A stretch of DNA of 64,000 nt, from NCBI GenBank assembly GCA_002269645.1, contig NIVC01001281.1, forward strand, positions 1 to 64,000, written 5' to 3'. The position numbers and the translations under genes are program-made. The stretch is from Macrostomum lignano. Lineage: Eukaryota. How positions within the stretch are numbered: the first letter of the stretch is position 1; every line of letters begins with the position of its first letter. Below, in pieces: positions 36,041 through 48,060 of this stretch. The notes below the pieces were generated by a model. That model worked only from the letters and a program-made list of their open reading frames with translations, searched no databases and had not been told where the DNA came from.

Positions 36041-36784
36041 CAGCTTACTGGTGCAGTGACAATGCAGCCTAACTGCTAATACTGATAATTAGGCTATATA
36101 ATATTAGCGTTACAGCTACACTCTGAGCTTCTATGAATGCTTGAAAGCTTGAAGGGTCTTTAGAATATTATTATACTAGATGTATATAAATCAGGAACCA
36201 TCAAATAAATGAAGGCCAGTTCAAAGACAGTATACAGCTACTAATAACATAATTGATAAGGTAATAAATAAAAAAAACATTGTAGTAGCAGTAGCATATA
36301 TTTGTACGAGCTAATAAGGGGTCAACAAGATTGTGCATAATATTACACCAAGCAGCATTGGTTAAGAATACAACTATTTGTGACAGACTGATGAGCGCAT
36401 TGAATTATTTTTTTCTAGTCTAATTTAAACTGTATAGGCTGCTGACAGTTTCTAGACTGGCGTTCGACTTCAAATACTCCTGGTAAGCAAGAAAAGTACA
36501 TTAATTTTCTTATAATACGCGCAGCATTTTTAAATAGAGACGCACAGTAATATATGATGGTACATGCTTAATCCGCCGTGAAACATGCCTTTGCCTATAG
36601 TCGAAATATGGATTTTTTAATTTAGTTCAGAAAAACGGGAGCAAAGAAAAAGCAACGCTGTCTTTGCAAGCAATCAAAGAGCATTATTTCAATATTTGTA
36701 CAAAACAATAGCGCCTCACCTCGCCAACATAATTAGGTGAGCGAACAAGTCTAACCAAATATATGCACAGCTCAGGCCTCGGGT

Positions 36785-38545
36785 GGTAGTGGAGTGTGGG
36801 TTGGGGAATGGGGATGGTAGTGGGGTGTGGGTTGTGGATGGTAGTTGGAGTGTGGGTTGGGGATGGTAGTGGGGTGTGGGTTGGGGATGGTAGTGAGGTG
36901 TGGGTTGTGGATGGTAGTTGGAGTGTGGGTTGGGGATAGTAGTTGGGTGTGGGATGGGGATGGTAGTGGGGTGTGGGTTGTGGATGGTAGTTGGGGTGTG
37001 GGATGGGGATGGTAGTGGGGTGTGGGTTGGGGATGGTAGTGAGGTGTGGGTTGTGGATGGTAGTTGGAGTGTGGGTTGGGGATAGTAGTTGGGTGTGGGA
37101 TGGGGATGGTAGTGGGGTGTGGGTTGTGGATGGTAGTTGGGGTGTGGGATGGGGATGGTAGTGGGGTGTGGGTTGTGGATGGTAGTGGGGTGTGGGTTGG
37201 GGATGGTAGTGGGGTGTGGGTTGGGGATGGTAGTTGGGGTGTGGGATGGGGATGGTAGTGGGGTGTGGGTTGTGGATGGTAGTGGGGTGTGGGTTGGGGA
37301 TGGTAGTGGGGTGTGGGTTGGGGATGGTAGTTGGAGTGTGGGTTGTGGATGGTAGTTTGAGTGTGGGTTGTGGATGGTAGTTGGAGTGTGGGTTGTGGAT
37401 GGTAGTGGGGTGTGGGTTGTGGATGGTAGTTGGAGTGTGGGTTGGGGATGGTAGTGGGGTGTGGGTTGGGGATGGTAGTGAGGTGTGGGTTGTGGATGGT
37501 AGTTGGAGTGTGGGTTGGGGATAGTAGTTGGGTGTGGGATGGGGATGGTAGTGGGGTGTGGGTTGTGGATGGTAGTTGGGGTGTGGGATGGGGATGGTAG
37601 TGGGGTGTGGGTTGTGGATGGTAGTGGGGTGTGGGTTGGGGATGGTAGTGGGGTGTGGGTTGGGGATGGTAGTTGGGGTGTGGGATGGGGATGGTAGTGG
37701 GGTGTGGGTTGTGGATGGTAGTGGGGTGTGGGTTGGGGATGGTAGTGGGGTGTGGGTTGGGGATGGTAGTTGGAGTGTGGGTTGTGGATGGTAGTTTGAG
37801 TGTGGGTTGTGGATGGTAGTTGGAGTGTGGGTTGTGGATGGCAGTTGGAGTGTGGGTTGTGGATGGCAGTTGGAGTGTGGGTTGTGGATGGTAGTGGGGT
37901 GTGGGTTTGGTAATATAGTGGGGTGTGGGTTGTGGATGGTAGTGGGGTGTGGGTTGTGGATGGTAGTGGGTGTGGGTTGTGGATGGTAGTTGGAGTGTGG
38001 GTTGTGGATGGCAGTTGGGGTGTGGGTTGTGGATGGTAGTTGGAGTGTGGGTTGTGGATGGCAGTTGGGGTGTGGGTTGTGGATGGTAGTTTGAGTGTGG
38101 GTTGTGGATGGTAGTTGGAGTGTGGGTTGTGGATGGTAGTGGGGTGTGGGTTTGGTAAGATAGTGGGGTGTGGGTTGTGGATGGTAGTTGGAGTGTGGGT
38201 TGTGGATGGTAGTTTGAGTGTGGGTTGTGGATGGTAGTGGGGTGTGGGTTGTGGATGGTAGTGGGGTGTGGGTTGTGGATGGTAGTTGGAGTGTGGGTTG
38301 TGGATGGCAGTTGGGGTGTGGGTTGTGGATGGTAGTTGGAGTGTGGGTTGTGGATGGCAGTTGGGGTGTGGGTTGTGGATGGTAGTTTGAGTGTGGGTTG
38401 TGGATGGTAGTTGGAGTGTGGGTTGTGGATGGCAGTTGGGGTGTGGGTTGTGGATGGTAGTTTGAGTGTGGGTTGTGGATGGTAGTTGGAGTGTGGGTTG
38501 TGGATGGTAGTGGGGTGTGGGTTTGGTAAGATAGTGGGGTGTGGG
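36785..38545. repeat. 24-25-bp G-rich minisatellite (GTGTGGGTTGTGGATGGTAGTTGGA) with a 439-bp block duplication
   Basis: Identical ORF-track peptides at 37064 and 37503. Confidence 0.96.
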
Positions 38546-39344
38546 TCGGGGATGATAGTAGGGTGGGTTGAGGACATTGCTATCAATTGTTGTAGTTTGT
38601 TGAAGCAACAAAATTGAAAATCCGGCCACGGAACCGGAGTAGACACGGTGAATAGAGATTCAACAGAACCGGGAGAATCTTATTCGCACTATACTACTAA
38701 AAATTCGGAATTAAAGTGTAGCTAACAAGAGATCCGATATCGCTTTAATACAAGTAGTATGCACGCGTATTTACCGTCTAAAAATAAATAAAATTTACAA
38801 ACTACCGACGACAAAAGTTACTTAAAAAATCTTACAATAACAATAATAACGCCAAATTTAGATGAATATAGTAATACAAGTAGTATAATACGAGTCAGCT
38901 AGTAAGCTAAAAAAGCGATACAAATAGCATGCGCAAGTCTGTACAGAGAATTTCATTACAATTGAATCCATAGCTTGACTTAGTAACAGAGAGATTAGAG
39001 GCTGATAAATTTATCGAATTTTGATGAGAATTAATATACTACTATTAGCAATCAGGCAGTTATGAGTAGTAAGTGGGGTGTGGGTGTGGACAACGAATAC
39101 TCAAAAAAGAAGCGCTAAAACAAAAATGTTTCACGAAGAGCAAACAATTTGTCAATTTCTGTAGCGAATAAAAGTACTTTTATTTCTTTAGCTGGTACTG
39201 ATTAATTCGAACAGAACATTTCAACAATAATTCTCGCCAATTTGCATTGAAAATAAACAATAATGCAACACATAACAATAATCAACTGGCTGCTAAATAC
39301 TCATGGATTGCTGTGACCTGTGGCTTCTTGAACTGGTTCTGTAC

Positions 39345-40335
39345 CAGATTCTCGGACACTATTAATGGGAGATTCTCGGACACTATTAATGGGATATTCT
39401 CGGACACTATTAATGGGAGATTCTCGGACACTATTAATGGGAGATTCTCGGACACTATTAATGGGAGATTCTCGGACACTATTAATGGGAGATTCTCGGA
39501 CACTATTAATGGGAGATTCTCGGACACTATTAATGGGAGATTCTCGGACACTATTAATGGGAGATTCTCGGACACTATTAATGGGAGATTCTCGGACACT
39601 ATTAATGGGAGATTCTCGGACACTATTAATGGGAGATTCTCGGACACTATTAATGGGAGATTCTCGGACACTATTAATGGGATACTCTCAGACTATATTA
39701 TGGGAGTTTATCGGGCACAATTTATAGGAGATTCTGTCTGGGACACAATTTATGGGGATTCTCGGACACTATATAACGGGATTATCGGACACTATATAAT
39801 GGATTCTCGGACACTATATAAGGGATTCTCGGGCATTATATAAGGGAATTCTTGGACACTATAAAAGGAGATTCTCGAACACTATATAAGGGGATTCTCA
39901 GACACTATAAAAGGGAATTCTCGGACACTATAAAACGGGATTCTCGGACTATTTAAGGGGGATTCTTGGACACACTATTTACAGGGATTCACGGACACTA
40001 TATAGAGAAGATTCTTGGACACTTTATGGGGATTCTCGGACAAATTTAAGGTGATTTTCGGACACTATATAAGGGGATTCTCGGACACTATATAAGGGAT
40101 TCTCGGACACTATATAAGGGGATTCTCGGACACTATAAGGAGATTCTCGGACACTATATAAGGGGATTCTCGGACACTAAGGAGATTCTCGGACACTATA
40201 TAAGGGGATTCTCGGACACTATAAGGAGATTCTCGGACACTATATAAGGGGATTCTCGGACACTATTAATAGAAGATTACTAAGCAAAAATTATGGGAGA
40301 TTCTCAGACAACTTTGGGATATTCTCGGACACCAG
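39345..40335. repeat. 24-bp minisatellite (GGGAGATTCTCGGACACTATTAAT), homogeneous 5' part and degenerate 3' part
   Basis: Direct reading. Confidence 0.93.
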
Positions 40336-40422
40336 TTGAGAAGATTCTTGGATACTAGTTTTGGGAGATTTTCGGGAGATAGTAAATTTTCTGACACTGT
40401 TAAGGTAAATACGAGACATTTA

Positions 40423-43400
40423 TCAGGCCGACATTTCTACGTCCACACTGCCGGCAGCTGCAGCAGCCACCAGGTCCGCCGTCGCTGGAGGACTACCGTT
40501 GCAGCTGCCGTTGCCTTCGGGCACTTCGGCGACGGCCGCAGCATGGTCGGCATTAGCGACGTCGACCTCAAGACGGCGAAGAATTCTTGACGTAGCCAAA
40601 CGCGAAGCGGCTTTGGACCGTTTGCGAATTCGACGCAGATACTTGCGCACTAGCTGGCGAGTTTGCCTGTGGCCTGTAGAAGTTCGAGCGAAATAGGGCG
40701 CGGTATTATATACTACTGACCAATGCTGAATAGTAATACAAGTAGTGCATCATCGTAAAATAAAATGTGGAATATAAATTAATTTTAAATGTGAAAATGA
40801 TCAACTATACATACATGAATTATTAATGTACGGTGGGGAAAAACTTTATCCCAAAGAATTGATAATACAGACCTGCGATCTAAGGTAGGGATCTCTGATC
40901 TATGGTAGGGACCGCCTATCTAGGGTAGGGACCTCGATCTAAGGTAGGGACTTCCGATTTAAGGTAGGGACTTCCGATTTAAGGTAGGGACCTCGATCTA
41001 GGATAGGGACCTCCAATCTAGGATAGGGATAGCCGATATAGGGTAGGGACCTCCGATCTACGGTAGGGACCTCCGATCTAGGGTAGGGATCTCTGATCTA
41101 GGGTAGGGATCTCTAATCTAGGGTAGGGACCTCCGATCTAGGGTAGGGACCTCCGATCTAGGGTAGGGATCTCTGATCTAGGGTAGGGACCTCCGATCTA
41201 GGGTAGGGACCTCCGATCTAGGGTAGGGACCTCCGATCTAGGGTAGGGACCTCCGATCTAGGGTAGGGACCTCCGATCTAGGGTAGGGACCTCCGATCTA
41301 GGGTAGTAGGGATTTCTGATCTAGGGTAGGGATCTCCGATCTAGGGTAGGTACCTCGGATTTGGAATATACATTTCGAATTTAGAGATTTATGGTTAATG
41401 GGGAAAGCCAAACAAGAAAAGAAGAAATTGCTTACAAATTTTCTGAGCATGGCTGAGCGGTCGCAGGTGAAATTTTCGCAAAAAATTCGATTTCTCTTTG
41501 AGGTTTCGCCGCAACAGGTCGGGCGTGTGGGCCGGCGAGTCGTTGCCCTCCTCGGACGAGTCCGTGTCGACCCGAGAGCCGGAGGCAGCGGCGGCGCTGT
41601 GATTGTCTGACGGGGCCGCTGCAGATAATGCAGACGCGGCGGCGTCCACGCGACTCTGCTGCGGCGACAGAGTTGGCGGCTTAGGGCTGCCGGCGGTAAC
41701 GGCTGCGGTGGCAGCTGGGCGGGACGGAGACAGGGACGAGAGCTGATGCTGCTGATGATGATGCTGAGAAGCTGTATAAAGAGTATGCTGCGAGGGCTTC
41801 GGCGGCGTCGGCTTGGACTCGTCGTCGCTGTCCTCGAATGGGCGAAACATTTTGTGGGCGGAACCGGCAGGCCGAGTGCTGACAGCGGCCGGGGCCAGGA
41901 ATGGCGGCCGGATCACAGGCGCAGGGAGACCCGGCTTCCGGCTGAGATCCAGGGCGTCCTCATGCTGCTGCTGCTGCTGGGTGGAGGCAGCGGGCGGTCT
42001 TGAAGTTTTCATACTGGGCGAGGAAGGAATCACAGCGCCAGGGCCTCGATTAGAAGAAGGCGCGGCTGTAGGCGCGAGCGACTTAGCGGGAGTCGGCGGC
42101 TTGGCTGCTGTAGCTGCCGCCGCTGTCACGGTGGTTGTCTTGGCAGCGCCTGCTGGCCTGGCGGGGACGGACTGATGCCCCAGCAGGCCGGCGCCCATGG
42201 CCGAATTGGCATAGTAACCAGCCGGGCCGCCCGACATCATCTGTGAGGAGTCCATCATCATCATTGCCGCGGCTGCGGCCGCCGCCGCCGATGAACTAGA
42301 AGCGCTGGAGGCCATGGCGCCACTAGTGCTGAATGGAGGATAGGAGGCGCTAACTGGCTGATGCCCGGGCCTGTGCTGCTGCTGATGGTAGCCATAAAGC
42401 ATAGCCAGAGAGGCCGGATCTGACGGATAAGGAGGATAAGCTGAGGCCAGGGCCTGCAGCATCTGGTACTGATAGCTATAGCCAATCATCTGGTTATAGT
42501 AGGCGGCAAGCTGGTCGGGGCCCAGCCAGCCAGGCGGCGGCAGGGTACCCAGCGCCATGCTTGGATTGTCCATCGCTGACGATGTTGGAGTGGCGGCAGC
42601 AGCAGCCGCCGCGGCCGCATTCTTGGCTGCAATGTTGCGCAAAGCGTCGGAATAACCGCCGCCGCCGCCACCGCCGGATCCGTGGTGATGGTGAAGCTGC
42701 TGAGCGGCCGAAGCAATCGGCGTCGAGGCCATCGCTGGCCGAGTCTCCGAGGAGCGCGTGATGGGCGGCACAGTGACCGTCACCCGCTCGCGGCCGCCGC
42801 TGCTGCCACTGGCGCCAGCGCGACCACCAATAGTGGCGCAATCCAAGCAGAGCAAACAGTCGCCCTGCAGTCGGACCTCCTCTTTCGAAGTCTTCAATTG
42901 CAGACAGCCGCTGCAAATATATTCGGTTTGATAACTGGCGGAGGCAGCGTCGGGTGCTGAATTTACGCTACTGGAGCTTCGGCGAATCCACTGCCAGCGC
43001 AGGTTAGTATAGCAGAGATCGCAGACTGGGAAGGTGCCATTAGCGCTAGCCTGGCTATTGTGACGCAGGTTGGCTAGAAATGGGAAATAAGGCGAAGCTG
43101 GCCGACCTGATTTGGGCTTGTGACGCAATAGTTTAAGAGTTTCTGGATTGTGCAAAGCGCACAGGCACACGTGACACTGGGCTATCATTGGCCGGACGCC
43201 GGGGTTCGAGCCCGGGGACCCGGCTACACCACCGCCGGCTGGCGATGGCTGACTAGGCGGAGTTCGGCGCAGCTGATAATACCTGGACTGGGGCGGCAGG
43301 CGCTCCTGTTGGGTCCACTGCTGGTGCAGGTGATCGCAGCAGGTGCGACAGGCCAACAAGCGGCCGCGCTGCTTGTCAATCAATAGATGCGAATATTCGC

Positions 43401-44355
43401 AAGTCACTTTGCTCAGCAGAGGATAGAACGGATTCGAACTGGAATTGCCGCCTCCGCCGGTAGAGGACGCCGTTGGTTTCCATGACAACCAAATTGGTGT
43501 ATCTTTAAACGAATCGCCGCACAACGGGCAACTAAGACTTAACGTGCCAGTATTGCAATAAAACTTAGTCTGTCCGCCCTCGCTTACAACTTGATAGACT
43601 CGAGAGTCCTGCGGAGTCTTGACCATCTCGTAGTGCCGATACTGCTCAGCTAGAGACGAATGGCACTGCAAACACAGCTTTGTAGCGCCCTGCGTCAGCG
43701 GCAGCGCCTCAGGCGGCGGGACCAGCTGTTTCAGAAACGGGAAATGCTCGCAATTATCCGACACCCTGGTCGCGTACACAATCTTAGCATCCTGTTTGGC
43801 CATGCTTTTGCGGCATAGGAAACAGCGAATCTGCTGAGCGCCGACTGACGGACTGGCGCGAGACGAAGATCCAGCGCTACTGTTTGCTGCCGACCTGACA
43901 GCTTGCTGCTGTTGCTGCTGCTGTTGCTTCTGATGCTGCTGGTGTTGATGATGATGCTGCTGCTGCTGCTGATGTTGCTGAAGCTGGGCCAGCCTCATCA
44001 ACGCTTCCGGACCGTAAGCCGAGGACGGAGTAAAAAAATCGGACGCACTGGCGCCAGCTCCGGCTGGGCCGGTCATGCCAGCCGATTTGAGCATGCTCAT
44101 ATAGATCTGCTGCTGCAGTAGCCATTGTGCGCTGGCTTCGTCTGTTGAACTTGGCTGCCGCCAGCTGGCTAATAGCTGGTGCCGGCACTGGGCGCAGGTG
44201 CGCACGCTGCCAGATACGCTTGGCGGCTTGGCGCCCCTCGGACACTCGTAGCACATTAGAGAGGGAAAGTAGGGCTCGTGCGGCGCACTTGGATTCGGCG
44301 TCGCTTGTACCTCGCAGGTGGCGGCCGCTGTGCCGCACATGTAGCATACGTCCAT
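40423..44355 (-). CDS. GSE1/Plexus-like nuclear protein with repeated CxxC...(Y/H)FPFL...CxxC motifs, ~1056 aa
   Basis: Exons 41436-44355 and 40423-40673 (phase 1, in frame). Four Cys-pair repeats (e.g. CFLCRK...HFPFLKQLVPPPEALP...LCLQCHSSLAEQY) and EKSNFLRKFHLRPLS resemble recalled GSE1 (KLKFLTIFNLTHIS) and Drosophila Plexus. An upstream exon ending at 44531 (GTGAGT donor) is possible. Confidence 0.7.
40875..41355. repeat. 20-bp minisatellite (CTAGGGTAGGGACCTCCGAT) in the GSE1-like intron
   Basis: Direct reading. Confidence 0.94.
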
Positions 44356-44687
44356 GCTCACACACTGGGCTGTGAGATGAGGCAGCGGGAGAAAAGTCGG
44401 GATAACATTTCTTTGGGAAACTCTCGAGATAGAAACTTCTCCTTTAGATCGATACACAAAAATGTCAAGTTGCATTGGCGGATTGGCTCTCATAGACTCG
44501 TGAATCGTGAAATCGAACCCACGGACTCACCAAGTATTCACTATTTAGCTTTTTTATTAGAGGCAGGGGGTTGTGTGCACCCTGGCGCACTTTAAGCGAC
44601 ATAGGCACGCAACCGGCGAGAGGCATTACTGCCCATTCCGCCGACTCCCCTGAGCAGGCATACAAGCGCGCGGATACGTACACAGGC

Positions 44688-44915
44688 ACACACTCACACA
44701 GGAGTGTACAGCGGCCCTAAGCCCCTAACTTTATTTATCGTTAGTCATGTGCACTTCACTGCGCCTTGGGGGGTTGGCTCTCAAGGCCGTTAATTGCACG
44801 AGCAGAGCCAAGCCGAGATTCCAATTCAGCCCCAAATTAATGTGACTGCACTTGGAATCGAACCAGGGCCGCTGGCACACCAGAGCCTGCGCTAGACCGC
44901 TGGGCTACGGCCCCC
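44688..44915 (-). mobile_element. tRNA-derived SINE
   Basis: Head GGGGGCCGTAGCCCAGCGGTCTAGC (A box) ... GGTTCGATTCC (B box), non-pairing acceptor stem, body, and (TG)-rich tail. The body is shared with 27,322-27,480. Confidence 0.7.
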
Positions 44916-45613
44916 ACTTATTCAGCTTAAAATATAACTATTCATAGCACAAACCAACTAGCTTATATAAGTTTTCATAAATCAATAAAGCAGAATAAAA
45001 ACTTTGAAAAGTATAGCTCTTTTCAGTCCATTTGGGCTTACACGCATAAAGTAAAGGAGCTTTCGTCTGTGGCAGCAAGGCTGGCACAGCGGCATCTAAT
45101 TTGGTCCCATAGCCGCTCTGCAGTTTCACCCCTAGATTCTCATTTAGACATGACTGCCACAGGCAGTGAGGAAGGAAGCAGTGCTTCATCAGCCCCATAA
45201 TCGTGGACCATAGTCCAGACTGTTTAACAAACGCTTGTGATCGTTTGTGATCGAAGCGCAGTTTTGACCATGCTAAAATGCTCTATTTGTTTTTGTTATA
45301 GTTGGGTAGATTGTTTTGATGAACTTATCTTGGATTAAATTCAATGCGTGCAAGCCTAAATGGGTTGCAAAAAAGCTATATTAATATTAGTATTAATTTA
45401 TTTATTAGACAAAAACAAACTGAAAGACGTTTCATCTATAAGCGGGATAAATACAGAAAATTATTATATTATTAATCTCGTTTGAAAAACCAACAAATGC
45501 AGATAGAATTGATAAAAAGGATTTTGAAAAGACTCAAAAAACCAACCATAGTGCCAAACTGAAACCGTGTGAGCAAAAAAAAACAATAAAAAGCGTTCAG
45601 GTCTCAGATTTTC

Positions 45614-46645
45614 TTAGCCGCGCAATCTCAGATCGCAGCAGCCAGCCGCCTTCAGCATAGCCTCAATAATGTCTGCCGCGGACTCGTCACGACGACGCCT
45701 GCGCCGAACTTGCGACAGTCTCGATGGCCGCCGCCAGGCTGGCACCAGCAGGCGCAACAGGCCGGCTGCGTCGCGTAGTGCCAAACGCAAACAGCCGGCA
45801 GGATCGGCGCTCAGGCACACCTGCAGCTGCTGAGACCCTGACTGGGTATGCATGGGTGCGTGCAGGTGCCGTGAGAATAAGTAGGGTCGCCTTTAATTGC
45901 TTACTGGCAGAGTTCTAAAGAGTGACTATTTATTCAGGTGACCGCTGCTAGCTGCTACTCTCCCCATCCCTGATCGTTCAGGTGACCAGTGCTACCCCCC
46001 ATCCCTGATTGCTCACGTGACCAGTGCTACTCCCCATCCCTGATTGCTCAGGTGACCAGTGCTACTCCCCATCCCTGATTGCTCAGGTGACCACTGCTAC
46101 TCCCCATCCCTGATTGTTCAGGTGACCAGTGCTACTCCCCATCCCTGATTGTTCAGGTGATCAGTGCTACTCCCCATCCCTGATTGCTCAGGTGACCAGT
46201 GCTACTCCCCATCCCTGATTGTTCAGGTGATCAGTGCTACTCCCCATCCCTGATTGCTCAGGTGACCAGTGCTACTCCCCATCCCTGAGTGTACCAACTA
46301 TACCAACTCTACCAAACTAACCCGCGGTCCACTGCTTTTAGCTACCTGAAATGTCTTGCGCCTCCGAGGCCAGCAGCAGCAGTCGCGGCGAATGCAGCGA
46401 CCTGCTCCGGCACCGTTGTAGCGCAGGCCTAGCCGTTCGGCGAAACGGGCCGCAGACAGCTCCTTCGGCGTGAGCAGTCGCGGCGGCTTCGGCAGGCGCA
46501 GACGCGGCACCAGCCGGCCAATGAGACGCCGAGCAGCGCAGCGGAGCCTGGCGAGCTCCCGATCGCAGCGGAGGGCCCGAGCCGACCAAGCCGCTAGACG
46601 GAGCTGCTCGCGTTCAGTTGGCGAGGGCGGTTCAGCTACAGGCAT
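45614..46645 (-). CDS. Possible orphan Arg/Ala/Leu-rich 2-exon gene (~170 aa)
   Basis: GC-rich open frame 46346-46645 ending in CAG|GTAGCT. It splices in frame to 45614-45820 (or 45841) ending in TAA. No recognised family. Confidence 0.42.
45935..46290. repeat. 35-bp minisatellite (GTGCTACTCCCCATCCCTGATTGTTCAGGTGACCA), array 1
   Basis: Direct reading. Confidence 0.94.
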
Positions 46646-46789
46646 ATTAGTCACGTGACCTGTGCTCACATTCACCTGTGTTTCAATGAGAGCAGAATGA
46701 GGTAGGAGCAGAATGCCTTCCCTGTGTGTGCAGTGCGGTACTGACAGTGCACTAACAGGTCAACGCTGTTACCTCCATCCCTGGTTAAA

Positions 46790-47238
46790 AGCTGCTACTC
46801 CCCATCCCTGATTGTTTAGGTGACCGGTGCTACTCCCCCATCCCTGATTGTTCAGGTGATCAGTGCTACTCCCCATCCCTGATTGTTCAGGTGACCAGTG
46901 CTACTCCCCATCCCTGATTGTTCAGGTGACCAGTGCTACTCCCCATCCCTGATTGTTCAGGTGACCAGTGCTACTCCCCATCCCTGATTGTTCCGGTGAT
47001 CGCTGCTACTCCATATCGCTGATTGCTCAGGTGACCACTGCTACTCCCCCATCCCTGATTGTTCAGGTGACCACTGCTACTCCCCATTCCTGATTGTTCA
47101 GGTGACCACTGCTACTCCCCCATCCCTGATTGTTCAGGTGACCAGTGCTACTCCCCATCCCTGATTGTTCAGGTGACCAGTGCTACTCCCCATCCCTGAT
47201 TGTTCAGGCGACCACTGCTACTCCCCATCCCTGATTGT
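46790..47238. repeat. Same 35-bp minisatellite, array 2, cut mid-unit at the compositional boundary
   Basis: Ends CTGATTGT|AGCC instead of CTGATTGTTCAGG. Confidence 0.94.
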
Positions 47239-47520
47239 AGCCAAATGAAAGACGGTCAGTGGATAGTGGCAGCTAAGGTTGTTATTTGTTTTAAATCCAG
47301 TCACTAACTAGCACATGGGGCTTAAAATTCAGTTGGCAGTGGTCACCTACTGTACAGTTAGCCTGTTATTGGCAACTGGTCCAGAAAAAACTCCAAACTA
47401 AAAAACTGCAGCTTCTGCTAATTTGGGACCTATTTTTGAGTAGCTTATGTCATTTTTAATATTAATTAACATAGTTTACAGAGCAATGGTAATAAATCTA
47501 AAGTAAAAAAACTTACTGAC

Positions 47521-47762
47521 CTGAACACAGACTTCAAACAATGCAAATGACTGAGCAGCTGCACCATTCTCTTGCAATAAGTGAGTAGTATTTTCAGTTT
47601 CTAGATGTTCTGAGCCCAATAGTTCAACAGTGCCATCATCAAACAAAAAGCCAAGCTGATAATATTCAATGACTTTTAGCACCAGTGGTTCATAATTAAC
47701 ATCCAATAAAGGTTCCATTTTCTTTAAATAAATGCAAGCTGTTTTTCTCAAAATCAAATCCT
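47521..47762 (-). CDS. Internal coding exon of an unidentified gene
   Basis: 80-codon open frame (DLILRKTACIYLKKMEPLLDVNYEPLVLKVIEYYQLGFLFDDG...FALFEVCVQ) with protein-like composition in AT-rich DNA, bounded by tacag| and CAG|GTCAGT. Confidence 0.5.
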
Positions 47763-47906
47763 CTGTAGTTAAATATAGTTTGGAATAATTTGTTATAATA
47801 TTTTTAGTGCCAAAGGAATTATATGCTTAAATTATTATCTAACCTATTGCTTGAAAAAACCAACAAAATATATTAAGACAATATTTTATATATTCTCCTT
47901 CCCAGA

Positions 47907-48060
47907 CATGTGCAACCTTGGAAATCACTTGGCTGTTTTTATTGGTAACACACACACACACACATGTAAGTCACTATTGGCTGAGAGCAGTCACGTGACT
48001 ACTATTCTGTTCTGTAAAAGATAAACAGCTGGGTGAATCCCTAGGTTGTGCTTAAGCATG
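47907..48060. mobile_element. Inverted, partly deleted copy of the palindromic MITE (a further half copy lies at ~48,343-48,413)
   Basis: CATGTGCAACCTTGGAAATCACTTGG...GTCACGTGACTACT...GGTGAATCCCTAGGTTGTGC matches the reverse complement of 55008-55182. Confidence 0.7.

Noticed and set aside
34647-38646. ORFs of 282-637 aa resembling mucin or extensin proteins
   Set aside because: Pure minisatellite read-through in multiple frames with no unique coding flank
41398-44595. Several plus-strand ORFs over the GSE1-like exon (and similar antisense ORFs over FBXL13 and HNF4)
   Set aside because: Shadows of GC-rich coding sequence
44840-44915. Functional tRNA gene
   Set aside because: Acceptor stem does not pair, and the head runs into a SINE body shared with another copy
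45760-46360. PDZ-like strand pattern at the orphan gene junction (KTFQVCLSADPAGCLRLAL)
   Set aside because: Too short and lacks the GLGF loop; not supportable
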